A stretch of DNA of 64,000 bases, taken from the NCBI GenBank assembly GCA_947382865.1, contig CANDBF010000001.1:9543-73542 (forward strand), written 5' to 3'. The notes under the pieces were generated by a model that saw only the letters and a program-made list of their open reading frames with translations, did not search any database and was not told the DNA's origin. Both the position numbers and the translations under genes were made by a program. This document shows, piece after piece, positions 53,044 through 62,457 of this stretch (the first letter of the stretch is position 1; every line of letters starts with the position of its first letter). The DNA comes from an uncultured Clostridia bacterium (lineage in GTDB: Bacteria; Bacillota; Clostridia; Christensenellales; CAG-917).

Positions 53044-54369
53044 ATGAAAGTATGTAAATTCGGCGGAACATCAATGGCGAGCGGCGCTACGTTCGATAAG
53101 GTCGCGCAGGTTATAGGCGGTGACAAAGAGCGTAGATATATCGTCGTTTCAGCCCCCGGCAAACGCGACGAAAGGGATGTCAAAATCACCGACGCTCTTT
53201 ACGCTTGCTTCAACGAATTTACGCAAACAGGCAGTTGTGATAACGCTTTTGAGGGTATAAAACTGCGTTTTGAAGAAATAGCCGCGCATTGTGCGCCCGA
53301 TTTCGACGTGAAGCAAATGCTGGAAGAAGTGAATGACGGCATAAAAAAATACGGCACTAAAGAATATGCCGCGTCGCGCGGAGAGTATATGAGCGCAAGG
53401 CTTCTCGCCGCTATGCTCGGTATAGAGTTTATCGACGCGGAGGGGCTAATAATCTTTGACGGCGGGGGGAATTTGCTCCTCGAAGAGTCGATAGAGAATA
53501 TTAAAGACCGCCTAAGCGGAGTGGAAAAGGCGGTGTTTCCCGGATTTTACGGCTCGGATATTTACGGCGATATCAGGACGTTTACGCGAGGTGGCTCGGA
53601 TATTACGGGCGCTATTATCGCTACCGCGGTGGAAGCCGACGTTTACGAGAACTGGACGGACGTGGACGGATTCCTTGCGGCAGACCCCCGTATCGTAGAA
53701 AATCCCAAGACGATAGACTGCCTAGGATACAAGGAACTTCGCGAGCTGTCGTATATGGGCGCTGAGGTGCTCCATCCCGAATCCGTGTTCCCCGTAAGGA
53801 GCGCGGGTATTCCCATAAATATTAAAAATACTTTCAATCCCGAGCATTCGGGAACGCTCATCGTTGCGGATAAAAACCTGCCAAAAAAGCACAGGGTTAT
53901 CACGGGCGTAGCGGGCAAAAAGGGATTTACGATAATCAATATCGAAAAGGATATGATGAACAGCGAAATAGGCTTCGGACGCAAGGTGCTTGCCGTACTC
54001 GAAGAGGAGGGGATTTCCTTTGAGCACGTGCCGTCCGGCATCGATACGCTGTCCGTCGTCATCAGGGACGAATATCTCAACGGCAAAATGCAGAAGATAC
54101 TCGGCAGGTTGCAGGAAAGAGTCAACGGCGACAATATCGAAATCCACAGCGGACTTGCTCTTATCGCCACGGTGGGACACAATATGGCTTCCCGCCACGG
54201 CACTGCGGCTACGCTGTTCGGCGCTCTCGCGAAACACAATATAAATATCAGAATGATAGACCAAGGCTCGTCCGAGCTCAATATTATCGTGGGCGTCGGG
54301 TCTGATGATTACGAAAAGGCGATAAACGCAATCTATCACGCGTTCTGCGATAAAAACGCCGAGGACTAG
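53044..54369 (+). CDS. Aspartate kinase
   Basis: MKVCKFGGTSMA (kinase N-terminus), SAPGKR, RGGSDITGA, and ELSYMGAEVLHP. C-terminal tandem ACT regions are present. The protein is 441 aa. Confidence 0.85.
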   Translation: MKVCKFGGTSMASGATFDKVAQVIGGDKERRYIVVSAPGKRDERDVKITDALYACFNEFTQTGSCDNAFEGIKLRFEEIAAHCAPDFDVKQMLEEVNDGIKKYGTKEYAASRGEYMSARLLAAMLGIEFIDAEGLIIFDGGGNLLLEESIENIKDRLSGVEKAVFPGFYGSDIYGDIRTFTRGGSDITGAIIATAVEADVYENWTDVDGFLAADPRIVENPKTIDCLGYKELRELSYMGAEVLHPESVFPVRSAGIPINIKNTFNPEHSGTLIVADKNLPKKHRVITGVAGKKGFTIINIEKDMMNSEIGFGRKVLAVLEEEGISFEHVPSGIDTLSVVIRDEYLNGKMQKILGRLQERVNGDNIEIHSGLALIATVGHNMASRHGTAATLFGALAKHNINIRMIDQGSSELNIIVGVGSDDYEKAINAIYHAFCDKNAED

Positions 54370-54583
54370 GTAGCGCCCGCCGATTAATTTTTCCAATATT
54401 GGGAAAAGTGCTTTTATTTGTTCCGATAGTTTGATATTATATTTAGTAGTCAATAATTATCCTCATAATATAAACCCCGCATAACGGAGGCTTTTTATGG
54501 GGATTATCGGATATAAGCCCTTAGGACGAAACGTTTTACGGGGCTAAGGTATCGAGGCTAAAACACTTTTATAGGAGCGTAAT

Positions 54584-55741
54584 ATGAGCGACAAAACGGC
54601 GGTTATAAAAGCCGCAAAGCAGTTTTATGACAGAAAATATATCGAGAGCGGATATATTGCCGTGCGCGAGGGCGACGGCATTCTTATAAATTCCACGGGC
54701 TCAAATCTCGCGGAACTCAAAGAGGACGAGCTCGTCTTTGTCAACGATAAGAATATCGAATCCTTCGAGGGTAATTTCCGCGCGGCGGCGGTCATACTCT
54801 TCTGCGCGATACGTCAGAATAAGACCGCGGAAGCCGCGGCGATAGTCGACAGCGACAGTATTTTGAAGTTTTCTTCCAAGCGCAGAACATTGAGACCTAT
54901 ACTCGACGATTTGGCGCAATTATGCGGAGTTTCCGTAAAATGCGCGTCCAAAAACGTGGCGGCGGAGATAGTGACCTCCCTTTCGGGACAGCGCGAAGCG
55001 TGCTTTATGCCGGACGCGGGCGCGCTTGTGAGAGCGCGCAGCCTCGAAGAGCTGCTTAGAGCGACCGCAGTTCTCGATAAGGCGGCTTATGCGGATTTGA
55101 CGGCGGAAAGCAAGGGCGCTTGCACACAGAGCCTGAATCTTTTCTCCGCTTTGTTGGAGCACGTCGTTTACAGAATAAAATCTTCAAAAGGCCTACGCGC
55201 GCAGGATACCGCCGATATAAGCGAAATTCCCGAGGAAGAGAAAGCGCCGCAGGAAAATACGGATTCCGAAAGCTCCGCATACCCCGAGGGCGAGCAATCA
55301 AGCGCGGAAAGCGCCGCAGAAGAGAGCCCCTCTGCCGACGGCGGAAATGCAGATAACGCTTCGGAGGATACGCAGACCGATAATGAAAATGCCGAGGCTC
55401 CCGCCGATTGCGACGAGGAAGTTGCTTTCGTCAAATTCGATATGGAGGGCGAGGGCACGGCAATTCTCGCGCACCCCTACTATTGCAGCGTGATTTCGGC
55501 TATGGGCAAACCCTTTGTAGTTCCCGAGGAGTATAGCGACGTTCTGGGAGAGGAAATCCCCTGCGCGCTGTCCGTTACGACCTGCTTTAAGTGCTCGGGC
55601 AAGAAGGTGGGAGAGGTTATGGGAAGTGCTCCCGCTTGCATAATAGCGCAGCATGGCGTGGTTGTCCGCGGCAGGGACGAGGCAGAAGCGCTTAAAATCT
55701 GCGCCAGTCTCGAGGAGGCCTGCAAGGCTTATCTTGCCTAA
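54584..55741 (+). CDS. Tandem class II aldolase/adducin-like domains joined by a long acidic linker
   Basis: Domain 1 has GYIAVREGDGILINSTGSNLAELKEDELVFV ... ACFMPDAGALVRARSLEELLRATAVLDKAA. The linker is about 90 aa and rich in E/S/A/D. Domain 2 has AILAHPYYCSVISAMG ... ACIIAQHGVVVRGRDEAEALKICASLEEACKAYL. Confidence 0.4.
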   Translation: MSDKTAVIKAAKQFYDRKYIESGYIAVREGDGILINSTGSNLAELKEDELVFVNDKNIESFEGNFRAAAVILFCAIRQNKTAEAAAIVDSDSILKFSSKRRTLRPILDDLAQLCGVSVKCASKNVAAEIVTSLSGQREACFMPDAGALVRARSLEELLRATAVLDKAAYADLTAESKGACTQSLNLFSALLEHVVYRIKSSKGLRAQDTADISEIPEEEKAPQENTDSESSAYPEGEQSSAESAAEESPSADGGNADNASEDTQTDNENAEAPADCDEEVAFVKFDMEGEGTAILAHPYYCSVISAMGKPFVVPEEYSDVLGEEIPCALSVTTCFKCSGKKVGEVMGSAPACIIAQHGVVVRGRDEAEALKICASLEEACKAYLA

Positions 55742-55768
55742 GCGGATGAGACTTCAATCCGTTTATAG

Positions 55769-55797
55769 AGCGGCGGAATCTCCGCCGCTTTTATTTT
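55769..55797 (+). terminator. Intrinsic terminator
   Basis: AGCGGCGGA-atc-TCCGCCGCT is followed by TTTATTTT. Confidence 0.8.
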
Positions 55798-56046
55798 GCG
55801 TTTTAGTCGGATAGATAAGCATTTTTTTCGTTGGTATACTCGCTTGGTATATAATAAATAGATAATAGGATATTTATAAATTTACATTATAATTTTCATT
55901 TGTTATCAGGGATGATCGGGCGTTGTTTTTTTGTCCGCCGCACTCTCGGGAACAGGGTGTTTGTAAACTGAATTCCAGCCTTATTATACCTTTCGTGTTT
56001 TCGCGCGGAATTTGTCAAAAAAAATCCTTTTATACCTCTATTTCGT

Positions 56047-56076
56047 TTGACACGGCATTTTGCGATAGCTTATAAT
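56047..56076 (+). promoter_or_regulatory. Sigma-70-type promoter upstream of xpt (TTGACA-18-TATAAT)
   Basis: TTGACA at 56047-56052, an 18-nt spacer, and TATAAT at 56071-56076. The leader to the xpt ATG is about 85 nt. Confidence 0.55.
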
Positions 56077-56163
56077 TCGCTTATCTTTTTAGAGCAACCA
56101 ATGCAACTGCACTTATGCGACAAGCGCATAAACCGCAAGTATTTGCGGATGGGAGAGGTGCAT

Positions 56164-56745
56164 ATGCAACTTTTGGAGGAGCGCATTTTGAGAGACGGCA
56201 GGGTGTATCCGGGCAACGTCCTCAAAGTCGGCGGATTTCTGAACCATCTCATCGACGAAAAGTTGATGGATGAAATCGGCAGGGAAATTTCCGCGCGCTT
56301 TTGCAAGGAAAAGGTCACAAAGCTACTTACTATCGAAGCATCGGGTATCGCAATAGCCTGCGCAGCCGCGCACTATATGCACGCTCCGGTGCTTTTTGCT
56401 AAAAAAAGCAAAACTTCCAACGTTTCGGATAACGTATACAGCACCGAGGTCGTATCTTTCACTCACAACAACACCGCGACCGTAATTGTGGAAAAGGACT
56501 GTCTTTCCGCTGACGACAGAGTGTTGATTGTCGACGACTTCCTCGCAAACGGCGCGGCTATACGCGGGCTGAGAGACATAGTCAATCAGGCGGGCGCGAC
56601 GCTCGTGGGTTGCGCGATCGCCATAGAAAAGGGATTTCAGTCCGGCGGCAGGGAGCTGAGAGCCGAAGGCGTGCGTATAGAGAGCCTCGCGGTCATTGAA
56701 AGTATGACGGACGACTCGCTTACGTTCGCGCGCCAGTCATTGTAG
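56164..56745 (+). CDS. xpt: Xanthine phosphoribosyltransferase
   Basis: MQLLEERILRDGRVYPGNVLKVGGFLNHLID, LLTIEASGIAIA, and VLIVDDFLANGAA (PRPP-binding). ATG 56164 follows a GGGAGAGG Shine-Dalgarno; the ORF track starts at 56047. Confidence 0.85.
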   Translation: MQLLEERILRDGRVYPGNVLKVGGFLNHLIDEKLMDEIGREISARFCKEKVTKLLTIEASGIAIACAAAHYMHAPVLFAKKSKTSNVSDNVYSTEVVSFTHNNTATVIVEKDCLSADDRVLIVDDFLANGAAIRGLRDIVNQAGATLVGCAIAIEKGFQSGGRELRAEGVRIESLAVIESMTDDSLTFARQSL

Positions 56746-56783
56746 GAAATAAGGGCTTTGCCCTAAAAATAAGGAGAAACAAA

Positions 56784-57983
56784 ATGAAAAAGAAAATCTT
56801 AGCGCTTGTGCTTGCAATTGCTATGATAGCCGCGCTTTGCGTAGGTCTTGCCGCCTGCAACAAAGACAATCTTGACGGTATCAAGATCGGTCTTATCTGC
56901 TTGCACGACGAAAACTCGACCTATGACAAGAACTTCATCGACGCTATGTATCAGGCTGTTGACGAGATGGGGATGAAGCGCGAGCAGTTGGTCATCAAAA
57001 AGAATATTCCCGAGGGCTCGGAGTGCTATGACGCCGCGGTCGACCTCGCGGAGGACGGTTGCAATATTATATTTGCGGATAGCTTCGGTCACGAGGACCA
57101 TATGATAAGAGCCGCAAAGGAATATCCCAACGTTCAGTTCTGCCATGCGACGGGCACGAAGGCTCATACGGAAAATCTCGCAAACTTTCACAATGCTTTC
57201 GCTTCTATCTACGAGGGCCGTTATCTTGCGGGTATCGTAGCGGGCTATAGGCTCAAAGAGATGATTGAAAGCCAACAGATCACAGCAGATCAGGCTAAGC
57301 TCGGTTACGTCGGAGCTTGGGCATATGCGGAGGTTAAATCCGGATATACTTCCTTCTATCTCGGCGCGAAGTCTGTCTGTCCGTCTGTTACCATGGACGT
57401 GACCTTCACCAACTCTTGGTATGACCCCACCGCAGAGCAGAACGGCGCGGTTAAACTTATGGGGAGAGGATGCAAGGTTATCAGCCAGCACGCAGACTCT
57501 ATGGGCGCTCCCAATGCTTGCCAGAGCGCGAACCCCAAGGTTCCAAACGTTACCTACAACGTGAGCACGAAGGCAGAATGCGCCGATACGTATCTCGTCG
57601 GCTCCAAGATCAACTGGGCTCCTTATTACAAATACATTGTGGATTGCGTTGCCAACGGCGTTGCAATCGACAAGGATTGGACGGGCACTTTGGCTACGGG
57701 CTCCGTACAGCTTCTCGAATACGGCAACGGCGTTTCGCAGGCTGCTAAGGACGCAGTGGCGGCTGCCGAGGCAAAGCTCAAAGACGGCACTCTCAAAGTG
57801 TTCGATTGCAGCAAGTTCACCGTAAACGGCGACCATCTGACCAGCTACATGGCTGACGTGAATTCCGACGCGAATTTCGAAAAAGATACGCAGGTCATTG
57901 AGAACGGTATTTTCAAGGAGTCGGCATTCCGCTCCGCGCCTTACTTCGATATCGACATCGACGGCATTACGTTGCTTAGCTGA
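56784..57983 (+). CDS. BMP family (PnrA-like) nucleoside ABC transporter substrate-binding lipoprotein
   Basis: Lipobox CVGLAAC, IKIGLICLHDENSTYDKNFIDAM, and ...VISQHADS... The context is a two-NBD ATPase and two permeases. Confidence 0.8.
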   Translation: MKKKILALVLAIAMIAALCVGLAACNKDNLDGIKIGLICLHDENSTYDKNFIDAMYQAVDEMGMKREQLVIKKNIPEGSECYDAAVDLAEDGCNIIFADSFGHEDHMIRAAKEYPNVQFCHATGTKAHTENLANFHNAFASIYEGRYLAGIVAGYRLKEMIESQQITADQAKLGYVGAWAYAEVKSGYTSFYLGAKSVCPSVTMDVTFTNSWYDPTAEQNGAVKLMGRGCKVISQHADSMGAPNACQSANPKVPNVTYNVSTKAECADTYLVGSKINWAPYYKYIVDCVANGVAIDKDWTGTLATGSVQLLEYGNGVSQAAKDAVAAAEAKLKDGTLKVFDCSKFTVNGDHLTSYMADVNSDANFEKDTQVIENGIFKESAFRSAPYFDIDIDGITLLS

Positions 57984-58088
57984 TTAGGCTATAAGACGCT
58001 TTTGGGTTGGACGGAGTTTTCTCCGTCCAACCTATTACAAATTTCGCTTGCGTTTTTATGAACGTTTGCAAACGACGGAGGTAGCAAC

Positions 58089-60035
58089 ATGCAAGACAAT
58101 ACTGTTGCTATACAGCTTAAAGGCATCACCAAAACCTTCGGAGAGGTGGTCGCCAATAAAAATGTGGACTTGACCGTTTACCGCGGTGAAGTTCTTTCGA
58201 TTTTGGGTGAAAACGGGAGCGGAAAGACTACTCTTATGAATATGATTGCCGGCATCTATTATCCCGATAGCGGCGAGATTTTTATAGACGGAGAAAAGGC
58301 TTCCATTCATTCACCCAAAGACGCGTTTTCCTACCGCATAGGCATGATTCATCAGCATTTCAAGCTGGTGGACGTTTTCAGCGCGGCGGATAATATAATC
58401 CTCGGCGAAGAATATAAGGGCTTCGATGTCAAAGTCGAAGCGGAGAATATAAGAGCCGCGCACACTTTTGAAAACGCCGCGTACGAGGCGTATAACCCCG
58501 AGGAGCATACGGGTGTTCTTGCATATCTCAAAGCTCCCAAATACCATTCCGAAAAAGAGACCAAGCGCAAAATCGCGGCGCTTCCATTCATAAAAATAGC
58601 AAAGCGTATCAAATTCGGCTGGCTTTCGCGCAATCGCGCGGACGCGTTGCAGAGTATCGCAAACAGATACGGCTTTGAAATAGACTTAAAAAAGAAAATA
58701 TACGATATGTCCGTTTCCGAGAAACAGACTGTCGAAATCATAAAGGTTCTTTACAGAAACGCGGACATTCTCATACTGGACGAGCCTACTGCGGTGCTTA
58801 CTCCGCAGGAAATAGACAAGCTCTTCGCAGTGCTTCGCAGAATGAGAGACGACGGCAAATCAATCATCATAATCACGCACAAGCTCAACGAGGTTATGGC
58901 GATTTCAGACAGGGTGGCGGTTTTGAGAAAGGGCGAGCATATCGCGACCGTAAATACCGCCGATACCAATGAAAAAGAACTGACCGAGATGATGGTCGGC
59001 AAAAAAATAGATTTGAATATAAACCGCACCGAGCCGCATGACGTAGAGGACAGACTGGTTGTAGAAAATATATCGGCTACAAACCATGACGGAGTTAAGG
59101 TTTTGGACAACGTGTCGTTTACGGCGCGTTCGGGCGAGATATTGGGAATTGCGGGAATCGCGGGAAGCGGGCAGAGAGAGTTGCTCGAAGCGATTGCGGG
59201 ACTGCAAAAGCTGAACGGCGGAGATATATGGTATTTCGACCCTGCAAAGGACAACGAAAAAATAGATTTGCGCGCCAAAACGCCCGTTCAGATACGCGAT
59301 TTGGGCGTCAGACTTTCCTTCGTTCCCGAGGATAGATTGGGAATGGGACTCGTAGGTAACATGGACCTCGTAGACAATATGTTGCTCCGCTCGTACAGAA
59401 ACGTCAGACATACAGAGGCGGAAACGAAATGCGAAGGCGACGCTGCCGAAGAAAATTGTATCCCTGCGAGCTGCGAGGAAACAACGGACGTCGGAAACGC
59501 CGCGAGAGAGAACCCGAATATTAAATCGAATAAGGCGAAGGACGCTTTTGCAAAATTCGGAAAGGGCGTGGCAAATTGCGTTTCCGTATTGTGGTCGTCT
59601 GTATTTCTCGACAGAAAGAGTCCGAAGAACCTTGCCGAGAATATCGTGACCGAATTGGAGGTTGTGACCCCCAGCACGCGAACTCCCGTTCGCAGGCTGT
59701 CGGGCGGAAACGTGCAGAAGGTGCTTGTCGGGCGTGAAATTGCCGCGGCTCCCACCGTGCTTATGGCGGCGTACCCCGTAAGAGGACTCGATATAAATTC
59801 ATCTTATACAATATACAATCTTCTCAACGAGCAGAAAGAACAGGGAGTCGCAGTGATTTTTGTCGGCGAGGATCTGGATGTGCTTATCGATTTGTGCGAT
59901 AGGATTATGGTCGTCTGCGGCGGAAAGATATCCGGCATAGTCGACGGAAGAACCGCAAGAAAAGAGGAATTGGGTACGCTTATGACCAATTATTCGGGTT
60001 TGAAAGCAGCCCCCGATAGCGTTACGGAGGGTTAA
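58089..60035 (+). CDS. Nucleoside/sugar-type ABC transporter ATP-binding protein (two fused NBDs) with an insertion in each NBD
   Basis: NBD1 has GENGSGKTTL, MIHQHFKL, MSVSEKQTVEI and LILDEPTAVL. NBD2 has GIAGSGQREL, LSGGNVQKVLVGRE and FVGEDLD. The protein is 648 aa, against about 500-515 aa for typical members. Confidence 0.85.
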   Translation: MQDNTVAIQLKGITKTFGEVVANKNVDLTVYRGEVLSILGENGSGKTTLMNMIAGIYYPDSGEIFIDGEKASIHSPKDAFSYRIGMIHQHFKLVDVFSAADNIILGEEYKGFDVKVEAENIRAAHTFENAAYEAYNPEEHTGVLAYLKAPKYHSEKETKRKIAALPFIKIAKRIKFGWLSRNRADALQSIANRYGFEIDLKKKIYDMSVSEKQTVEIIKVLYRNADILILDEPTAVLTPQEIDKLFAVLRRMRDDGKSIIIITHKLNEVMAISDRVAVLRKGEHIATVNTADTNEKELTEMMVGKKIDLNINRTEPHDVEDRLVVENISATNHDGVKVLDNVSFTARSGEILGIAGIAGSGQRELLEAIAGLQKLNGGDIWYFDPAKDNEKIDLRAKTPVQIRDLGVRLSFVPEDRLGMGLVGNMDLVDNMLLRSYRNVRHTEAETKCEGDAAEENCIPASCEETTDVGNAARENPNIKSNKAKDAFAKFGKGVANCVSVLWSSVFLDRKSPKNLAENIVTELEVVTPSTRTPVRRLSGGNVQKVLVGREIAAAPTVLMAAYPVRGLDINSSYTIYNLLNEQKEQGVAVIFVGEDLDVLIDLCDRIMVVCGGKISGIVDGRTARKEELGTLMTNYSGLKAAPDSVTEG

Positions 60036-60038
60036 AAA

Positions 60039-61319
60039 GTGACCAATGTTTTGAAAAAACTTAAGTTAGAATCGCCCATTCATATCTCCAAGAGAACGGA
60101 TATGCCCAAATGGAAGTCCTGGCTTATTCGAGGAGGGGCGATTGTTGCCGCCCTGTTGCTTTGCGGGATTATAAGCTCAATTCTTTCGTCGGGAAGTTTC
60201 TCAAGTTTTATGGAGCAGATGTTCAAGGGATGTTTCAGTACGCCCAGACGCGCTATAAATCTTTTTGAAGAAACAGCGTTGTTGCTTTGTATTTCGCTCG
60301 CCGTAACTCCCGCGTTCAAAATGAAGTTCTGGAACATAGGCGCGGAGGGACAGGTGCTTATGGGCGCTTTGCTCTGCGCGACGTGTATGAAGTACTTCGG
60401 AGGCAAGGTCGACGACGGATTGCTTATTGTCATAATGCTGGTGTTCAGTATCGTTGGCGGTGCGGTTTGGTCTACTATTCCCGCAATATTCAAGGCGAAA
60501 TGGAATACCAACGAGACGCTGTTTACGCTTATGATGAATTATATCGCGATGGGACTTATCGCCTGCGTTATTGCGATTTGGGTGCCGAATAACTCGGGAA
60601 CGGTCGGGGTATTGTCATACGGAAATTTCCCTAAAATCGGCAGATATCCGTATATACTCAACATAATTATCGTTGCTATATTGACCGTTCTGGTGTTCAT
60701 ATATCTGCGTTTCAGCAAACACGGATATGAGCTTTCGGTGGTCGGCGAATCTGTCAATACCGCGAAATATATCGGTATAAACGTCAAAAAAGTCATTGTG
60801 CGCACTATGATTCTGTCAGGCGCGTTATGCGGAATAGCGGGTTGGCTTATAGTAGGCGGAGCAAGCCATACGGTCAGCACCGAGGTGGCAGGCGGCAGAG
60901 GCTTTACCGCGATTCTGATAAGCTGGCTCGCGCATTTCGACCCCATAGCTATGTCCTTTACCGCATTCTTGGTTGCGTTTTTGAGTCAAGGCTCCTCGCA
61001 GGCGGCTTCGGTGCTGAATTTCGGAGGTTCGTTCCCTAAAATAATCACGGGAATGTTTTTCTTTATCATTATTGCAAGCGAGTTCTTTGTGGGTTATAAG
61101 ATAAAATTTACATTCGGCAAGCGTAAGGCGGAACGAGCGGACGAATTGAACGCGGAGGAGTCCGACGGCTCAATCGGAGCAACGGCTTACGATAGCGCAG
61201 ACTTAGGCGACGGAGAGCCTAATGAAATTACGGCGCGGATAGACAATTCTGCGGAAGAAATAGCGCTTCCTTCTGAAAACAATCAAAACGCTCAAAAAGA
61301 AGAGGAGGTTGAGGCATAA
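60039..61319 (+). CDS. ABC transporter permease (BMP/nucleoside system) with acidic C-terminal extension
   Basis: Polytopic. FNIGAEGQVLMGAL and ...GRGFTAILISWLA... are typical of the family. About 70 extra acidic C-terminal residues are present. The start codon is GTG. Confidence 0.8.
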   Translation: MTNVLKKLKLESPIHISKRTDMPKWKSWLIRGGAIVAALLLCGIISSILSSGSFSSFMEQMFKGCFSTPRRAINLFEETALLLCISLAVTPAFKMKFWNIGAEGQVLMGALLCATCMKYFGGKVDDGLLIVIMLVFSIVGGAVWSTIPAIFKAKWNTNETLFTLMMNYIAMGLIACVIAIWVPNNSGTVGVLSYGNFPKIGRYPYILNIIIVAILTVLVFIYLRFSKHGYELSVVGESVNTAKYIGINVKKVIVRTMILSGALCGIAGWLIVGGASHTVSTEVAGGRGFTAILISWLAHFDPIAMSFTAFLVAFLSQGSSQAASVLNFGGSFPKIITGMFFFIIIASEFFVGYKIKFTFGKRKAERADELNAEESDGSIGATAYDSADLGDGEPNEITARIDNSAEEIALPSENNQNAQKEEEVEA

Positions 61320-62278
61320 TGTTCTGGACGTTTTTGCAGAGAGCAATAAGATTCAGCACCGTGTTTATGTTCGGCGCGACGGGCGAAACGATAACCGAAA
61401 AGTCGGGGCATCTCAATCTCGGAATTCCGGGCGTAATGTGTATAGGCGCTGTCGGTGGGGTACTCGGCGAATCGCTGTATTTGAAATCTCTTTCGGATAT
61501 CAGTCAGATAAACGGTTTTGCGGCGGTGATAATTCCGATAATTATGACGCTGATTTTCGGCGCGCTGGCGGGTTTGTTGTTCAGCTTCTTTACCGTGACG
61601 CTGCGCTGCAATCAGAACGTTACGGGGCTTACAATTACCACGTTCGGAATAGGCTTCAACAGCTTTTATATGAACCGCATAGACAAAACGGGCTTTACGG
61701 CGGCAAGCGAGTATTTTATAAAGGGCTTTCCGTGCGCGGACAGCGCGGGATGGTTTGGTCAAATCTTCCTTTCTTACGGCACGTTGGTGTATCTGGCAAT
61801 AATTATCGCGGTCATTGCGGCGATTGTCATAAAGAGAACGCGCGTAGGATTGAATTTGCGTGCGGTCGGCGAAAACCCCGCTACGGCAGACGCTGCGGGA
61901 ATCAGCGTGACTAAATACAGATATATCGCAACCATTTTGGGAAGCGCGATTGCGGGTCTGGGCGGTCTGTTTTTCATTATGGACCATCTTGGAGGTAATA
62001 TCGAATACAACATCGACGCCTTCGGATGGATGGCGGTAGCTCTCGTCATATTTACTGTGTGGAAACCCAACTGGGGTATACTCGGCTCAATTTTATTCGG
62101 AGCGTTGTATATTTCGCCTGATTTTATGACGGTGCCAAGTGCGGCGACCAAAGAAATTGTGAAGTTGATTCCCTATTTTGTGACGGTTGTCGTTCTGATT
62201 GTGACAAGCATTATAAATAAGAGAGAGACTCAGCCGCCCGCGGCGCTGGGAGTATCGTATTTCCGAGAGGAGAGATAG
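61319..62278 (+). CDS. ABC transporter permease (BMP/nucleoside system), second subunit
   Basis: GETITEKSGHLNLGIPGVMCIGA, and 319 aa of polytopic sequence. The start overlaps the upstream stop (TAATG). Confidence 0.8.
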   Translation: MFWTFLQRAIRFSTVFMFGATGETITEKSGHLNLGIPGVMCIGAVGGVLGESLYLKSLSDISQINGFAAVIIPIIMTLIFGALAGLLFSFFTVTLRCNQNVTGLTITTFGIGFNSFYMNRIDKTGFTAASEYFIKGFPCADSAGWFGQIFLSYGTLVYLAIIIAVIAAIVIKRTRVGLNLRAVGENPATADAAGISVTKYRYIATILGSAIAGLGGLFFIMDHLGGNIEYNIDAFGWMAVALVIFTVWKPNWGILGSILFGALYISPDFMTVPSAATKEIVKLIPYFVTVVVLIVTSIINKRETQPPAALGVSYFREER

Positions 62279-62304
62279 CAAAGCGGATAGAAGCGGATAT
62301 ATTG

Positions 62305-62331
62305 AAAGCCCGTCAGAAGACGGGCTTTTTT
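62305..62331. terminator. Intrinsic terminator after the nucleoside ABC operon
   Basis: AAAGCCCGTC-agaa-GACGGGCTTTTTT, between convergent genes. Confidence 0.8.
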
Positions 62332-62457
62332 ATTGCTTTGGAACGCAGACGTCAGGACGGGCGAAATACAATGGCAATGTAAAATTTACAGCGTTTAGAT
62401 ACCGTAAAACCAAAACGGATATCCGTTGACAAAAGCATAGTATTTAATCGTAATCCG

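Noticed and set aside
56077-56163. Expected guanine/purine riboswitch in the xpt leader.
   Set aside because: The leader is only about 85 nt. It lacks the conserved purine-riboswitch junction sequences; I found no UAUAAU...AUAUGG...CUACC...CCGUAAAU...GACUAUG pattern. Only two small hairpins are present (TTATGCG/CGCATAA and CCGCAA/TTGCGG), and nothing matching was seen further upstream to 55800.
56799-57836. 345-aa minus-strand ORF. Similar long antisense ORFs occur at 38102-39028, 18197-19192, 52057-53013, 49111-49890 and 12595-14610.
   Set aside because: Each is antisense to a gene with a strong family signature: the BMP lipoprotein, glyQS, the mreB-like gene, DUF1015, holA and the giant surface protein respectively. 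None has its own Shine-Dalgarno or any motif.
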